Shown: positions 36,182-46,505 of the stretch, piece after piece
How positions within the stretch are numbered: the stretch's first letter is position 1
Layout of the letters: the number at the start of each line of letters is the position of its first letter
Origin: an uncultured bacterium
GTDB taxonomy: Bacteria; Joyebacterota; Joyebacteria; Joyebacterales; Joyebacteraceae
Length of the DNA: 64,000 nucleotides
Direction of reading: 5' to 3'
Assembly: GCA_964399265.1 (NCBI GenBank)
Contig: CAYNQF010000003.1
Coordinates: 3,104 to 67,103 of the forward strand
Notes under the pieces: generated by a model
Seen by the model: only the letters and a program-made list of their open reading frames with translations
Databases searched by the model: none
What the model was told of the DNA's origin: nothing
Made by a program: the position numbers and the translations under genes

Positions 36182-39100
36182 ATGAGACAGACGTCGAGCA
36201 CTCCGAGGGCCCTTCTGGCCGCTTTGGCGGTCCTGGTCTTGCTGTTTGCCGGAAGCGCGGCTGCGGGAGTCACGACCCAGCACTACGAGTTCGCGGAGCC
36301 GGTCGTGACGGAGGCCGGCGGGTACGCCCACGTGGAGATGGACGGCGCCACGACCTACGGTGAGCCGGGCAAGCCGGCCCTGCCGGTCACGGGCGCGAGC
36401 ATCCTTCTGCCACCGGGAGAGGAACTGGTGAGCGTGAGGGTGGTCCCTGGTGAGAAGGTCACGCTCCCGGGCAGCTACCTGGTCGAACCCGGGCAGAGGC
36501 AGTATCCGCTTTCGTACGCGGGCCCTGTGGAGCGGTACTCGGCCGATTACGCCGGGCTGGGCGCCTACCCTTCCGAGAGGAACGGCGGCTCGACCTTCGG
36601 ATTCTACAGAGGACACGGTATTGCCAGCGTGTCTCTTCTGCCGGTCGAGTACGACGCGGAGTCCGGCCGGATCTCTTACTACTCGAGCATGGACGTCGAG
36701 ATAGAGAGCGCACCGACGGAGAAGGCGGCGCGCACCGCCGAGCGCATGATCCGCGTCGACGCCGGAACTAACGCGACGCTAACGCGCATCGTCGACAACT
36801 CCCCACGAAAGACCCTCTATAACGCGATAGACAGGGTGAGGCCGCTCAGCCGGTCGCTCGATCCTTCACTCGACTACAAGTATGTCATCATAACGACGAG
36901 TTCGTGGGACGACTATCTCACCGACTTCGCGGAGTTCGAGACACAGCGCGGCTACAAGGCGGGCATCTTCCTGCGTTCGTGGATCTCGTCGAACTACGCC
37001 GGTGACGACGACCAGATGAAGATCAGGAACTTCATCATAGATGCGTACGACACGTGGGACATCGACTACGTGCTTCTGGTCGGCGACGCGCGCGATGCCA
37101 ACGGCATCCCGCACCGAGGTATGTGGAACGATGCCTACGGCGAGTATGAGGACGACCTGCCGGCCGATGTCTACTACTCCAGCCTGGACGGCAACTGGAA
37201 CACCGACGGTGACAATCTCTGGGGCGAGTACAGCCCCGAGGAAGCCGACCTCTATCCCGAGGTTGCAATCGGCCGCGTCTGCGCGGACGACGTCGCCGGC
37301 GTGCAGAACTTCGTCACGAAGACGATGCGCTACGTCGACTCGCCGGTCGTGGGAGAGTGCGACGAGGCGTTGATGGTTGGGGAGCTTCTCTGGTCCAGCC
37401 CGCTAACCTACGGCGGAACGTACATGGACGAGGTGATGAACGGCTCGTCCGCCAACGGCTACACGACCGTAGGATTCCCCGGCACGATGAACATGGACAC
37501 GCTATACGATCGCGACGGGACGTGGAGCTACTCGACGCTCATTAGCATGATGGAGAGCGGCCTCAACATCGTGAATCACCTGGGGCACAGCAACACGACG
37601 TACGCGATGAAGATGGACACGGGCGACATTCCATCGTTCGATAACGACGGCACGACCCACACGCTCAACTTCGTCTACAGCCAGGGTTGCTACTGCGGTG
37701 CATTCGACGACAGGGACACGTACGGCAGCTACGGCAGCGACTGTTTCGCCGAACAGTTCACGACGGACGACGACGGTGCCGTGGCGGTCATCATGAACTC
37801 GCGCTACGGCTGGGGCGACCCGGGTGGAACGAACGGATCGTCGCAGTACTTCAACCGGGAGTTCTTCGACGCGATGTTCTCCGAGGGCATCTACACTCTG
37901 GGCGAGGCGAACGACGACTCCAAGGTCGACGCTCTCTGGGCGATCACCTACGGCGCCAATCGCTGGTGTCATTACGAGCTGAACCTGTTCGGCGATCCGG
38001 CGCTTGAGCCGTGGACGGCCGAGCCGACGGCGCTCACCGTGAACCACCCGTCGACGATCATGGTCGACCAGCCGGACATGGAGTTTGTCGTTACCGACGG
38101 CCGCGCGGCGGTTGCCGGAGCCCGTGTGACCATCTGGACCGACGACTACTCGGTCTACGACACGGGACTCACCGACGCGCAAGGTGAGGTGACCGTACAT
38201 CCCAGCGCGGGGTCAGAGGGCACGCTCAACATCAAGGTCCATGCTCACGACCATCTCACGTGGGGCGGCACCGTTGCGGTCACGCCCGCCAGCGGGGCGT
38301 ACGTCGTCCTGGAGGACTACGTCGTCGATGACGACCAGAGCGGCGAGAGCAGCGGAAACGGCAACGCGATCGTCAACGCCGGCGAAGACGTCGAGCTCGT
38401 GGTCACTCTCGAGAACGTCCTTGTCGATGACGCCTACGGGGTAACTGCTACGCTCTCGACGAGCAGCAGCAGAGTGTCGATTACGGACGACTACGAGGAA
38501 TACGGGGACATACCGGCCCTGGCGTCGGCACAGTGTCTGGATGACTACAATCTGACGATATCGTCCGACACGCCCGACGGCGAAGTGATACCGCTCACAC
38601 TGACGGTGACCGATGCAACGCGGAGCACTTGGGAGTCGGACTTCACCATCACGGTCGCGTCCCCGGTAGTGGAGTACGCCGACCATTCGTCCGACGACCC
38701 GCCGTACGGCGGCAATGGAAGCGGCTGCCTTGAGGCCGGCGAGACGGTGGTGCTGAGCCTGTCACTCACGAACTCCGGGAGCGCCGGAGCGACCGGCGTG
38801 ACGGCCACCATTTCGAGCACGGACCCGTACGTTCAGATCAACGACGACTCGGCCGCCATCTCCTCGCTCGGGTCCGGGTCCACACAGGCGGTGTCTCCCG
38901 ACTTCTCGGTGACCCTCCTGCCCACTTGTCCGGAGCTGCACGAGATCATCTTCGATGTCGCCGTTACGGCGGATTGGGGATACTCCGCGTCGCACCAGTT
39001 CAGCATGCTCTCGGGAGGCGCCCCGTTCACCGACGACGTCGAGCAAGGCGAAGGAAAGTGGACGCACGGGGTGGTTACACCGAGCTTCGGTGACGAGTGG

Positions 39101-39877
39101 CACGTGGACACGTATCGCTACCACACGAGCGGCCACAGCTGGAAGTGCGGTGGGTCCGGATCGCTTGACTACGGCGACTCGAACGACGGCGCACTGGTCA
39201 TGAGGCCAATGTGCATAGGTGCGAACGGCGTGTTCTCGTTCTGGCACTGGATGGACGCCGAGGAGGAGGGCTCGACGTCGGCCTGGGACTGCGGATTCCT
39301 TCAGATCTCCACCGACGGCGGGGACACCTGGAGTGTTCTCTACCCGGACGGCGGCTACAGCCACACGAAGAACACCAACTCGGCCAACCCTGTGCCCGAG
39401 GGAACGCCGTGCTGGTCCGGCACGTTCAGCTGGACACAGGAGACCTGCGATCTCTCGGCCTATGCGGGCCAGACCATTGAGATCCGCTTCAGGTTCGCCT
39501 CGGACGGGTACGTTACCGGCGAGGGTTGGTACATCGATGACATCGACCTGACCTTCGATGCCGGAGGAACGTCCGGCCTGGAGGAAGGCGAGGTCCCGGC
39601 GGTCTTCGCGCTCAGGCAGAACGTGCCCAACCCGTTCAACCCCGTCACGGTGATATCCTACCAGCTGCCGCAGGCCGGACACGTCAAGCTCGACGTCTAC
39701 AACGTGGCCGGCAAGCTCGTGACGACGCTCGTCGACGAGGCGCAGCAGCCCGGTTTGAAGTCGGTGACGTGGGACGGGACCGACGCGAAGGGCAACAAGG
39801 TCGCGAGCGGCGTCTATCTGTACAGAATCGAGGCCGGAGACGACGTGGCCAAGAAGATGATGGTGTTGCTGAAGTAG
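36182..39877 (+). CDS. Giant secreted C25 (gingipain-like) cysteine peptidase with a T9SS C-terminal sorting domain (paralog 2, 1231 aa)
   Basis: GGGAGGAGAG RBS and signal peptide. Same architecture as paralog 1 (VNHLGHSNTTY, VYSQGCYCGAFD). C-terminal NVPNPFNPVTVISYQLP...VYLYRI...KKMMVLLK. Confidence 0.75.
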   Translation: MRQTSSTPRALLAALAVLVLLFAGSAAAGVTTQHYEFAEPVVTEAGGYAHVEMDGATTYGEPGKPALPVTGASILLPPGEELVSVRVVPGEKVTLPGSYLVEPGQRQYPLSYAGPVERYSADYAGLGAYPSERNGGSTFGFYRGHGIASVSLLPVEYDAESGRISYYSSMDVEIESAPTEKAARTAERMIRVDAGTNATLTRIVDNSPRKTLYNAIDRVRPLSRSLDPSLDYKYVIITTSSWDDYLTDFAEFETQRGYKAGIFLRSWISSNYAGDDDQMKIRNFIIDAYDTWDIDYVLLVGDARDANGIPHRGMWNDAYGEYEDDLPADVYYSSLDGNWNTDGDNLWGEYSPEEADLYPEVAIGRVCADDVAGVQNFVTKTMRYVDSPVVGECDEALMVGELLWSSPLTYGGTYMDEVMNGSSANGYTTVGFPGTMNMDTLYDRDGTWSYSTLISMMESGLNIVNHLGHSNTTYAMKMDTGDIPSFDNDGTTHTLNFVYSQGCYCGAFDDRDTYGSYGSDCFAEQFTTDDDGAVAVIMNSRYGWGDPGGTNGSSQYFNREFFDAMFSEGIYTLGEANDDSKVDALWAITYGANRWCHYELNLFGDPALEPWTAEPTALTVNHPSTIMVDQPDMEFVVTDGRAAVAGARVTIWTDDYSVYDTGLTDAQGEVTVHPSAGSEGTLNIKVHAHDHLTWGGTVAVTPASGAYVVLEDYVVDDDQSGESSGNGNAIVNAGEDVELVVTLENVLVDDAYGVTATLSTSSSRVSITDDYEEYGDIPALASAQCLDDYNLTISSDTPDGEVIPLTLTVTDATRSTWESDFTITVASPVVEYADHSSDDPPYGGNGSGCLEAGETVVLSLSLTNSGSAGATGVTATISSTDPYVQINDDSAAISSLGSGSTQAVSPDFSVTLLPTCPELHEIIFDVAVTADWGYSASHQFSMLSGGAPFTDDVEQGEGKWTHGVVTPSFGDEWHVDTYRYHTSGHSWKCGGSGSLDYGDSNDGALVMRPMCIGANGVFSFWHWMDAEEEGSTSAWDCGFLQISTDGGDTWSVLYPDGGYSHTKNTNSANPVPEGTPCWSGTFSWTQETCDLSAYAGQTIEIRFRFASDGYVTGEGWYIDDIDLTFDAGGTSGLEEGEVPAVFALRQNVPNPFNPVTVISYQLPQAGHVKLDVYNVAGKLVTTLVDEAQQPGLKSVTWDGTDAKGNKVASGVYLYRIEAGDDVAKKMMVLLK

Positions 39878-39923
39878 CGTTCAGTTCGAAAGTTAGCTCC
39901 TTGCGCGGCGGGGCCGGACGACT

Positions 39924-40925
39924 ATGATGTATATGGTCCTTCGGCCCCGCTCTCTATTCCCCCGGCCCGTGGTGGGTCGGGGATGCGGCGGCCTCAGATC
40001 GACTCGTCCAGCCAGCGAGGTGAGCGCTGTGGCCGTCCGAACGACCAACCTGGGGTTCCCCAAGCACGTGTCGGAAGAGATCGATCTTCTGTCCAGGGCG
40101 CTGGGCGGAGCGTTCCGCGTGTTCCTGTTCGCCGACTACGGCGGCACACTCGTTCCCAACGGCCCCGGCTCGGACCACAAGCCGACTCCCGAACTCAAGA
40201 AGCGCCTCGAGCAGCTCTCACAGGTGGAGTCGTTCTCGATCTTCATCCTGAGCGGCAGGACCATCGAGGAGCTTGACGGTCTACTGGGCCTCGAGGACGT
40301 CGGCCTCATAGGTCAGGGCGGATTCGAGATCAGGAAGCCGGGCGGGACCACGGTGTACCCGGTCGACGCTGGGGCGGTGGTGGGACTCCTGTCGCACGTG
40401 GAACTCGAGGCTCACGGCTGTCTCTGTTCGCATCCGTGCGTGCAGGTGGTGAACAAGGGTTTCGCGATCGCCATTGAGCACGGCTCGTGCGACCCCGATG
40501 TCTCAAGGCGCGCGACGCACTGCTTCACGGACCTCGTGAGGTCGCTCGACAAACACAACCAGCTCGAACTCATGTACAGGTCGGACGCGGTGGAAGCCAG
40601 GATGGCTGGTTGGCGGAAGGGTGACGCGGTCACGCACGTGCTCAAGGACGCGGACATCGAGGACACGCTCGCGATCTACATGGGCGACGACGTCACTGAC
40701 GAGGAGGCCTTCGAGGCCCTGGGGAAGTGGTCGGGGGACGGAAACGACTCCAAGTCGTGGTTCATCGGGGACCCCGACGACGACGACGAGTCGGTCCCCA
40801 AGTCGCTGCCCATCCTGGTGTCTCCGACGCCTCGGTCCACGACGGCCTCGCTCTTCGTGCGCGGACCGCACGAGGTCTACGAATTCCTCTCGTCGGTGAC
40901 TGCCATCGCTACAGCTCTCATGTAG
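39924..40925 (+). CDS. otsB: Trehalose-6-phosphate phosphatase (HAD-IIB)
   Basis: VFLFADYGGTLVP (DxDGT-type motif I), then later HAD motifs. The start is uncertain; in-frame GTG 40029 or 40068 are alternatives. A terminator-like hairpin for the upstream gene spans 39905-39950. Confidence 0.65.
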   Translation: MMYMVLRPRSLFPRPVVGRGCGGLRSTRPASEVSAVAVRTTNLGFPKHVSEEIDLLSRALGGAFRVFLFADYGGTLVPNGPGSDHKPTPELKKRLEQLSQVESFSIFILSGRTIEELDGLLGLEDVGLIGQGGFEIRKPGGTTVYPVDAGAVVGLLSHVELEAHGCLCSHPCVQVVNKGFAIAIEHGSCDPDVSRRATHCFTDLVRSLDKHNQLELMYRSDAVEARMAGWRKGDAVTHVLKDADIEDTLAIYMGDDVTDEEAFEALGKWSGDGNDSKSWFIGDPDDDDESVPKSLPILVSPTPRSTTASLFVRGPHEVYEFLSSVTAIATALM

Positions 40926-40926
40926 C

Positions 40927-41358
40927 TCACCCGTGCTTCCTTCTTACGAGCAGCACAGAGCACGCGGCGCCCTGCGAGACGGCCGTGCTCACCGACCCCA
41001 TCGACCTGATCTGGTCGGGGCTCTTCCCTCGGACTCCCACAACGATAAGAGACGCGTCCAGGTCGGCCGCAAGCTTGAGCACCGCCTCCGCCGGATGTCC
41101 CTTCTCCAGAAAGTGCGGAGTGGCCGCCACTCCCGCGGCGCGCGCGACCTCCACGGCGTGGCTGAGCGTTCTCTCGCCGTCCTTCCTTAGCGCGTCCTCA
41201 GTTGCGTCCGCGAGGTCGGCCCGGTAAGCATCGGGAATGTGGAACGCGTGGCAGACGTCCACGGAGGAGGAGCCGCAACCGGCGATGGTCGACGCCGCCC
41301 GGACCGCGGCATCCGCGTCGAGCGAGCCGTCGACGGCGACGAGGATCTTCTCGAACAT
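40927..41358 (-). CDS. Universal stress protein (UspA family)
   Basis: MFEKILVAVDGS..., and a C-terminal ATP-binding region (LIVVGVRGKS...GSVSTAV). Confidence 0.8.
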   Translation of the reverse strand: MFEKILVAVDGSLDADAAVRAASTIAGCGSSSVDVCHAFHIPDAYRADLADATEDALRKDGERTLSHAVEVARAAGVAATPHFLEKGHPAEAVLKLAADLDASLIVVGVRGKSPDQIRSMGSVSTAVSQGAACSVLLVRRKHG

Positions 41359-41361
41359 GGT

Positions 41362-42282
41362 CTACCCCTCCGATGGCGGTTTGTCGCCCGACAGCTGCAC
41401 GCTGAGCCTGGCATTCATGGGCTCGCCCTCGCCCAGGTACACGGTGCGGTGCGGGAACGGGATCTCGATGCCCAGCTCGTCGAAACGCTTCTTGATCTTG
41501 CGGCGGAACTCGCGCCCTATCGTCCATTGCTGAAGCGGCTGCGTGGTGAACATCACGCGGATGTTGACCGCCGACTCGCCGAAGCTGTCGACTCCGAGGA
41601 TTTGAAGAGGCTCGGTGATGAGCGGGGCGAACTTCTCGTCCTTCTGAAGCTCGTCACCTACCTGTCCCAGGACCTCCATGACGTAGTCGACGTCCTCCTT
41701 GTATGCGACTCCCACGTCCAGAAGGAATCTCGACCACTCCTTGGTCATGTTCGTGACCGTCGTGATCTGCCCGTTGGGCACCACATAGACCTTGCCCTCG
41801 AGGTCACGCAGGACTGTCGTTCTGAGCGAGATCTTCTCGACGAGCCCCGAGACGCCGCCTATCGACACCACGTCTCCCACTCGGAACTCGTTCTCGACCA
41901 CGATGAAGACGCCGTTGAGGAAGTCCTTCACGAGAGACTGGGCTCCGAATCCAATGGCCAGTCCGGCGATTCCGGCGCCTGCCAGTATGGGGCCGATGTC
42001 CACGCCGAGTTCCTTGAGCACCATCATTGCCGCGAAGGCCCAGACTACGAGCGTCATGACGTTATTGAGGATCTTCGTGAGCGTATCGGCGCGCTTCTCG
42101 CGTTCGCTTCTCGTCGTGGGATCGTCATCCTCGAAGAACCGGTTGAGCCGGTGTATCGAGAAGCGGAGCAGGCGGATGATCACGTAGGCGCCTACGATGA
42201 TGAAGACGATCTTGAGTCCACTCGTCAGGAGCCATTTCATGACCTTCTCAGCGTCGAACAGAGTCTTCCAGTCGACTGACAT
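41362..42282 (-). CDS. mscS: Mechanosensitive ion channel (MscS family)
   Basis: TM3 pore helix (GAGIAGLAIGFGAQSLVKDFLNG) and MscS beta-domain (FRVGDVVSIGGVSGLVEKISLRTT). Confidence 0.85.
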   Translation of the reverse strand: MSVDWKTLFDAEKVMKWLLTSGLKIVFIIVGAYVIIRLLRFSIHRLNRFFEDDDPTTRSEREKRADTLTKILNNVMTLVVWAFAAMMVLKELGVDIGPILAGAGIAGLAIGFGAQSLVKDFLNGVFIVVENEFRVGDVVSIGGVSGLVEKISLRTTVLRDLEGKVYVVPNGQITTVTNMTKEWSRFLLDVGVAYKEDVDYVMEVLGQVGDELQKDEKFAPLITEPLQILGVDSFGESAVNIRVMFTTQPLQQWTIGREFRRKIKKRFDELGIEIPFPHRTVYLGEGEPMNARLSVQLSGDKPPSEG

Positions 42283-42298
42283 GACTTCCTCTCTCTAG

Positions 42299-43405
42299 CT
42301 AGTCGAGCGTGAACTTCCCGTCCTTGTAGACCACCTTCCCGTCGGCGTAGATCTTGCCGCCGTCGCGCATGTCGGTGACCATGTCCCAATGGATGGCCGA
42401 CTCGTTCACTCCGAGCGACTCTGGAATCGACGCCCCCATGGCCATGTGGACGGTGCCGCCGATCTTCTCGTCGAAGAGCGTGTTACGGGTGAACTTCTGT
42501 ACCGAATAGTTGGTGCCGATGGCGAACTCTCCGACTCGCTTGGCCCCGTCATCCGTGTTGAGCATGGCCTCGAGGAAGTCCTGGCCCTTTGAGGCCGTGG
42601 CCTTGACGATACGGCCCTTCTTGAACGTAAGCCGGACTCCCTCGGCCTCCCTTCCGTAGTAGAAGGCGGGGAAGGAGAACGTGATCGAGCCCTCGACCGA
42701 GTCCTCGACGGGTCCCGTGAAGATCTCGCCGTCCGGCATGTTCGCCTTGCCGTCGCAGTTGACCCACTTGCGTCCAGCGACCTTCATCGTGAGGTCGGTC
42801 CCCTTCGTCACAACGCGGACCTTCCTGGCGTGGTCGAGACGCTTGCAGATCCTCGCCTGCTTGCGATGCACCGACTTCCAGGCGGCTATTGGGTCCTTCT
42901 TGTTCACAAGACAGGCGTCCAGGACGAAGTTCTCGTACTCCGGGAGCGACATCTCGGCATCCTGGGCGCTCGCATTGGTCGGGAACTGCGTCCCCACCCA
43001 CTTGAGCTCTCCGGCGGCCTCACGCTCGTTCCACCGCCTCATTATCGGCGCGGTGGCACTCGCGCGCTCCCGCTGCCTGTCCGGGTCGACGTTGGCCAGA
43101 TCCTTGGTGTTCTCGTCGGCCCAGAACGAGATGAACTTGTCCGTCTTCTCTACTTCCTCCATGGCGACGGGGCTCAGGAATCTGAGCTGATCCTTTCTGG
43201 CCTCCTTGAGGAATATCTCGGAGATCCCGGGCAGGTGGCACCTGACGAACGGATGACCGCCGGCCTTCAGGCATTCCCTGTAGACCTCCTTCGTCAGAAG
43301 CTCGGCCACCGGGTACGTCTGTATGGCCACCAGATCTCCCTTCCCGACCTCGACCGAGTAGTTCACAAGCACCTTCGCGAGCGCTTCGTATCTCGGGTCT
43401 CTCAC
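42299..43405 (-). CDS. Aminopeptidase, M29 family (AmpS/aminopeptidase T-like), paralog A
   Basis: Homologous along its whole length to the downstream gene. Start at GTG 43405 with GGAG RBS. The longer ORF-track N-terminus has no homology to the paralog. Confidence 0.7.
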   Translation of the reverse strand: MRDPRYEALAKVLVNYSVEVGKGDLVAIQTYPVAELLTKEVYRECLKAGGHPFVRCHLPGISEIFLKEARKDQLRFLSPVAMEEVEKTDKFISFWADENTKDLANVDPDRQRERASATAPIMRRWNEREAAGELKWVGTQFPTNASAQDAEMSLPEYENFVLDACLVNKKDPIAAWKSVHRKQARICKRLDHARKVRVVTKGTDLTMKVAGRKWVNCDGKANMPDGEIFTGPVEDSVEGSITFSFPAFYYGREAEGVRLTFKKGRIVKATASKGQDFLEAMLNTDDGAKRVGEFAIGTNYSVQKFTRNTLFDEKIGGTVHMAMGASIPESLGVNESAIHWDMVTDMRDGGKIYADGKVVYKDGKFTLD

Positions 43406-43507
43406 CTGGATCTCCTCACTGCAGTGGCGGCTGCGCTCCGACTCTGATGATGGCACGGACGGACGACTATGTCCGATGGGCATGCCGCTCAGCGCGGCGC
43501 CCGGGTT

Positions 43508-44611
43508 CTACTCCGTGAACTTGCCGTCCTTGTAGATGACCTTGCCGTCGGCGTATATGGTGCCGCCGTCGCGCATGTCGTTCACCATGTCCCAGTGGAT
43601 GCCTGACTTGTTCTTGCCTCCGGTGTCGGGGTACGAGGCCCCGAGCGCCATGTGTATCGTGCCGCCGATCTTCTCGTCGAAGAGCGTGTTCTTCGTGAAC
43701 TTCTGGATCGAGTAATTGGTTCCCACGGCGATCTCGCCCACGAACCTGCCGCCGGCGTCGGTGTCGAGGCTCGCGTTCAGGAAGTCGTCACCCTTATCCG
43801 CGCGCGCCTTCACCGCCTTCCCCTTCTTGAACTCGATCGTTACTCCGTATGCCTCCCTTCCGCCGTAGCAGGCGGGGAAGGAGAACGCGATCTTGCCCTC
43901 CACCGAATTCTCGATGGGGCCGGTGAAGATCTCTCCCGACGGCATGTTGTGTCTCCCGTCCGAGTTGATCCACTTGCGTCCCTCGACGCTCATCGAGATG
44001 TCGGTTCCCTTGGCGACGATGCGGAGCTTCTTGCACTGGTCCAGCATCTTGCAGATCTTCGCCTGCTTCCTGCGGACCGACTTCCAGGCCGCCACCGGGT
44101 CCTTCTTGTGGACGAGGCACGCCTTCAAGACGAAGTCCTCGTACTCGGAGAGCGACATCTCCGCGTCCTGGGCGCTCGCGTCACACGGGAACTGTGTGCC
44201 GCACCAGTCCAGCTCGCCCGCAGCCGAGCGCGACATGAACTTGTCGGAGATCTCGCTGTGCGCGGCCCTGGCAATCGCCATGCGCTGCGGGTCGATGTTG
44301 GCGAGCGTCTTGGTGTTGGACGAGGCCCGGATGTTCAGGAGTTTGTCGATCGTGTCGATCGTGAACTCGGCGAGCGGGCTCACGTGCGTGAGCTGATGTT
44401 TCTTGGCCTCGCTGTAGAAGATCTCGTCGAGGCCCGGCAGGCTCAAGCGCATGAACGGATGTCCTCCGGCCGCGAGCGCCCTGCGGTAGACCTCACGCAG
44501 CAGCGGTGCAGCGATCGGCGTGGAGTTGATCTGAACGAGGTCGCCCTTCTCGACCTCGAGGCAGTAGTCGACCAGGACCTCTGCGAGCTTGACGTAGCGG
44601 GGATCTGTCAC
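43508..44611 (-). CDS. Aminopeptidase, M29 family, paralog B
   Basis: N-terminus MTDPRYVKLAEVLVDYCLEVEKGDLVQI, and conserved FTGPIENSVEG and HMALG regions. Confidence 0.8.
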   Translation of the reverse strand: MTDPRYVKLAEVLVDYCLEVEKGDLVQINSTPIAAPLLREVYRRALAAGGHPFMRLSLPGLDEIFYSEAKKHQLTHVSPLAEFTIDTIDKLLNIRASSNTKTLANIDPQRMAIARAAHSEISDKFMSRSAAGELDWCGTQFPCDASAQDAEMSLSEYEDFVLKACLVHKKDPVAAWKSVRRKQAKICKMLDQCKKLRIVAKGTDISMSVEGRKWINSDGRHNMPSGEIFTGPIENSVEGKIAFSFPACYGGREAYGVTIEFKKGKAVKARADKGDDFLNASLDTDAGGRFVGEIAVGTNYSIQKFTKNTLFDEKIGGTIHMALGASYPDTGGKNKSGIHWDMVNDMRDGGTIYADGKVIYKDGKFTE

Positions 44612-44715
44612 GGCGTTCGTCTCCTCTGGCGTCAGCTCCCGGCGGCGGGTGCCACGAGTCTCCGCTTGTTGGTGTGCGACCGCCCGCGCGCGGCAGTGCC
44701 CGGACGGTAGATGTG

Positions 44716-46365
44716 TCAGTGATCGATTCTTGCGGCTATCGGCATGCGCCGCCCGGTTCCGAAGGCCTTGCTCGTGACCTTGAGTCCCGGGGCGGCCTGG
44801 CGTCTCTTGTACTCGTTCCTGTCGACCGCGCGCACCACCCAGGCCACGGTATCTTCCGGAATGCCCTCAGCAACGATCTCCCGCGGAGAGGACGTTCCGT
44901 CGATGTACATGTCCAGGATGTGGTCGAGCACATCGTATGGCGGCAGCGTGTCCTGGTCGCGCTGGTCGGGCCGGAGTTCCGCGGACGGCCACTTCTCGAT
45001 TATCGATGCCGGTATCACCCGGCGCTCTCGGTTGAGGTTGCGGGCGAGAGCGTACACCTCGGTCTTGGGCACGTCCGAGATGACCGCGAGACCCCCGCTC
45101 ATGTCGCCGTAGAGGGTGCAGTACCCGACGGCGACCTCGCTCTTGTTTCCCGTCGAGAGCAGTAGGTACCCGGACTCGTTGGCCAGCGCCATCAGTATGT
45201 TGCCACGGATCCTGGCCTGTATGTTCTCCTTGGCGACGGTCACGTCGTCGCCCTCGAGGTAGGGGTCAAGTTGAGCGAGATACGATTCGTAGATGCCGGA
45301 TATGGGGACGACCGAGAATCCGATCCCCAGATTGCGGGCAAGGACCCTCGAGTCCTCGATGCTGCCGCTCGACGAGTAAGGGGACGGCATCGTGACACCC
45401 ATGACGTTCCCCGGGCCAAGCGCTTCGACCGCGAGCGCCGCGACGACGGCCGAGTCGATGCCGCCGGAGAGGCCGACCGCCACCTTAGCGAACCCGCACT
45501 TCCTGACGTAGTCCCGAAGTCCTGTTACTAGAGCTCTCCGTATCGAGTCGACGCGGTCGTCGGGCAGGAACTCCGCTCCCGGTCCCGGAGACGCGAGGTC
45601 TACGATCCTCACTTCCTCCTCGAACGCGGGGAGATAGGCATGCAGCGCCCCGTCGGGTGCGACGACCGCGCTCCGGCCGTCGAAGACGAGTTCGTCGTTG
45701 CCGCCGACCTGGTTGACCACGAGGAACGGGACTCCGTGTCTCGCCGCGTGTCCACGGAAGAGCCCGTAGCGAATCTCGTCCTTGCCCGCATAGAACGGGG
45801 ACGCGGAGACGTTGATGATGATCGTGGCGCCTCGCTCGGCCAGTTCGGCGATCGGGTCCCTCGTGTATATGCTCCGGTGCCAGAGCGAGGCATCGTTCCA
45901 CGCATCCTCGCAGATGGAGATGCCCAACACCTCTCCGGCGAACGGAACCGGGTGCACCTCCGGCGCCGGGTCGAAGTAGCGCGCCTCGTCGAAGACGTCG
46001 TAGGTGGGGAGGAGCGACTTGTGGACCGTGGCGACCGTGCCGCCGTCCTTCAGGAGAACCGCGGAATTGTGAAGCCCCTTGCCGGCGCGACAGTCGCTTC
46101 GTGTCACGGTCCCCACGAGAACGGCCGTCTCCGGATGGCGCGTCGAGAGGGCCGCTGCACTCGACAACGCGACCTCCGCTCTGTCGATGAACCAGGGCTT
46201 GTCCAGCAGGTCCTGCGGGGGGTAGCCGGTCAGGAACAGCTCGGGGAAGATCGCAATCTCCGGTCCCTCGGCGGAGACGCCCGCAAGGGCCTCCTCCATG
46301 AGCGAGAGGTTCCCATCGAAATCGCCAACGGTCGGGTTCAGCTGGCAGAGTGCCGCTCGCACCAC
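44716..46365 (-). CDS. nadE: Glutamine-dependent NAD+ synthetase (nitrilase domain + NadE domain)
   Basis: N-terminal CN-hydrolase domain (catalytic Cys in GISICEDAW) and C-terminal PP-loop (VGLSGGIDSAV). Confidence 0.9.
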   Translation of the reverse strand: MVRAALCQLNPTVGDFDGNLSLMEEALAGVSAEGPEIAIFPELFLTGYPPQDLLDKPWFIDRAEVALSSAAALSTRHPETAVLVGTVTRSDCRAGKGLHNSAVLLKDGGTVATVHKSLLPTYDVFDEARYFDPAPEVHPVPFAGEVLGISICEDAWNDASLWHRSIYTRDPIAELAERGATIIINVSASPFYAGKDEIRYGLFRGHAARHGVPFLVVNQVGGNDELVFDGRSAVVAPDGALHAYLPAFEEEVRIVDLASPGPGAEFLPDDRVDSIRRALVTGLRDYVRKCGFAKVAVGLSGGIDSAVVAALAVEALGPGNVMGVTMPSPYSSSGSIEDSRVLARNLGIGFSVVPISGIYESYLAQLDPYLEGDDVTVAKENIQARIRGNILMALANESGYLLLSTGNKSEVAVGYCTLYGDMSGGLAVISDVPKTEVYALARNLNRERRVIPASIIEKWPSAELRPDQRDQDTLPPYDVLDHILDMYIDGTSSPREIVAEGIPEDTVAWVVRAVDRNEYKRRQAAPGLKVTSKAFGTGRRMPIAARIDH

Positions 46366-46505
46366 AACCTCCGCTTCAAGGAAGGCCAGAGAGGCGTCGC
46401 AGGACGCAGGGCGGAACCATGATAACGCCTATGGAGTGGGCGTTCCAGAGCGAAGTCCGCAGGCCACGGGCGCCCGCACTGGGGCCCGCCGGCTCGCGCC
46501 GCGGG

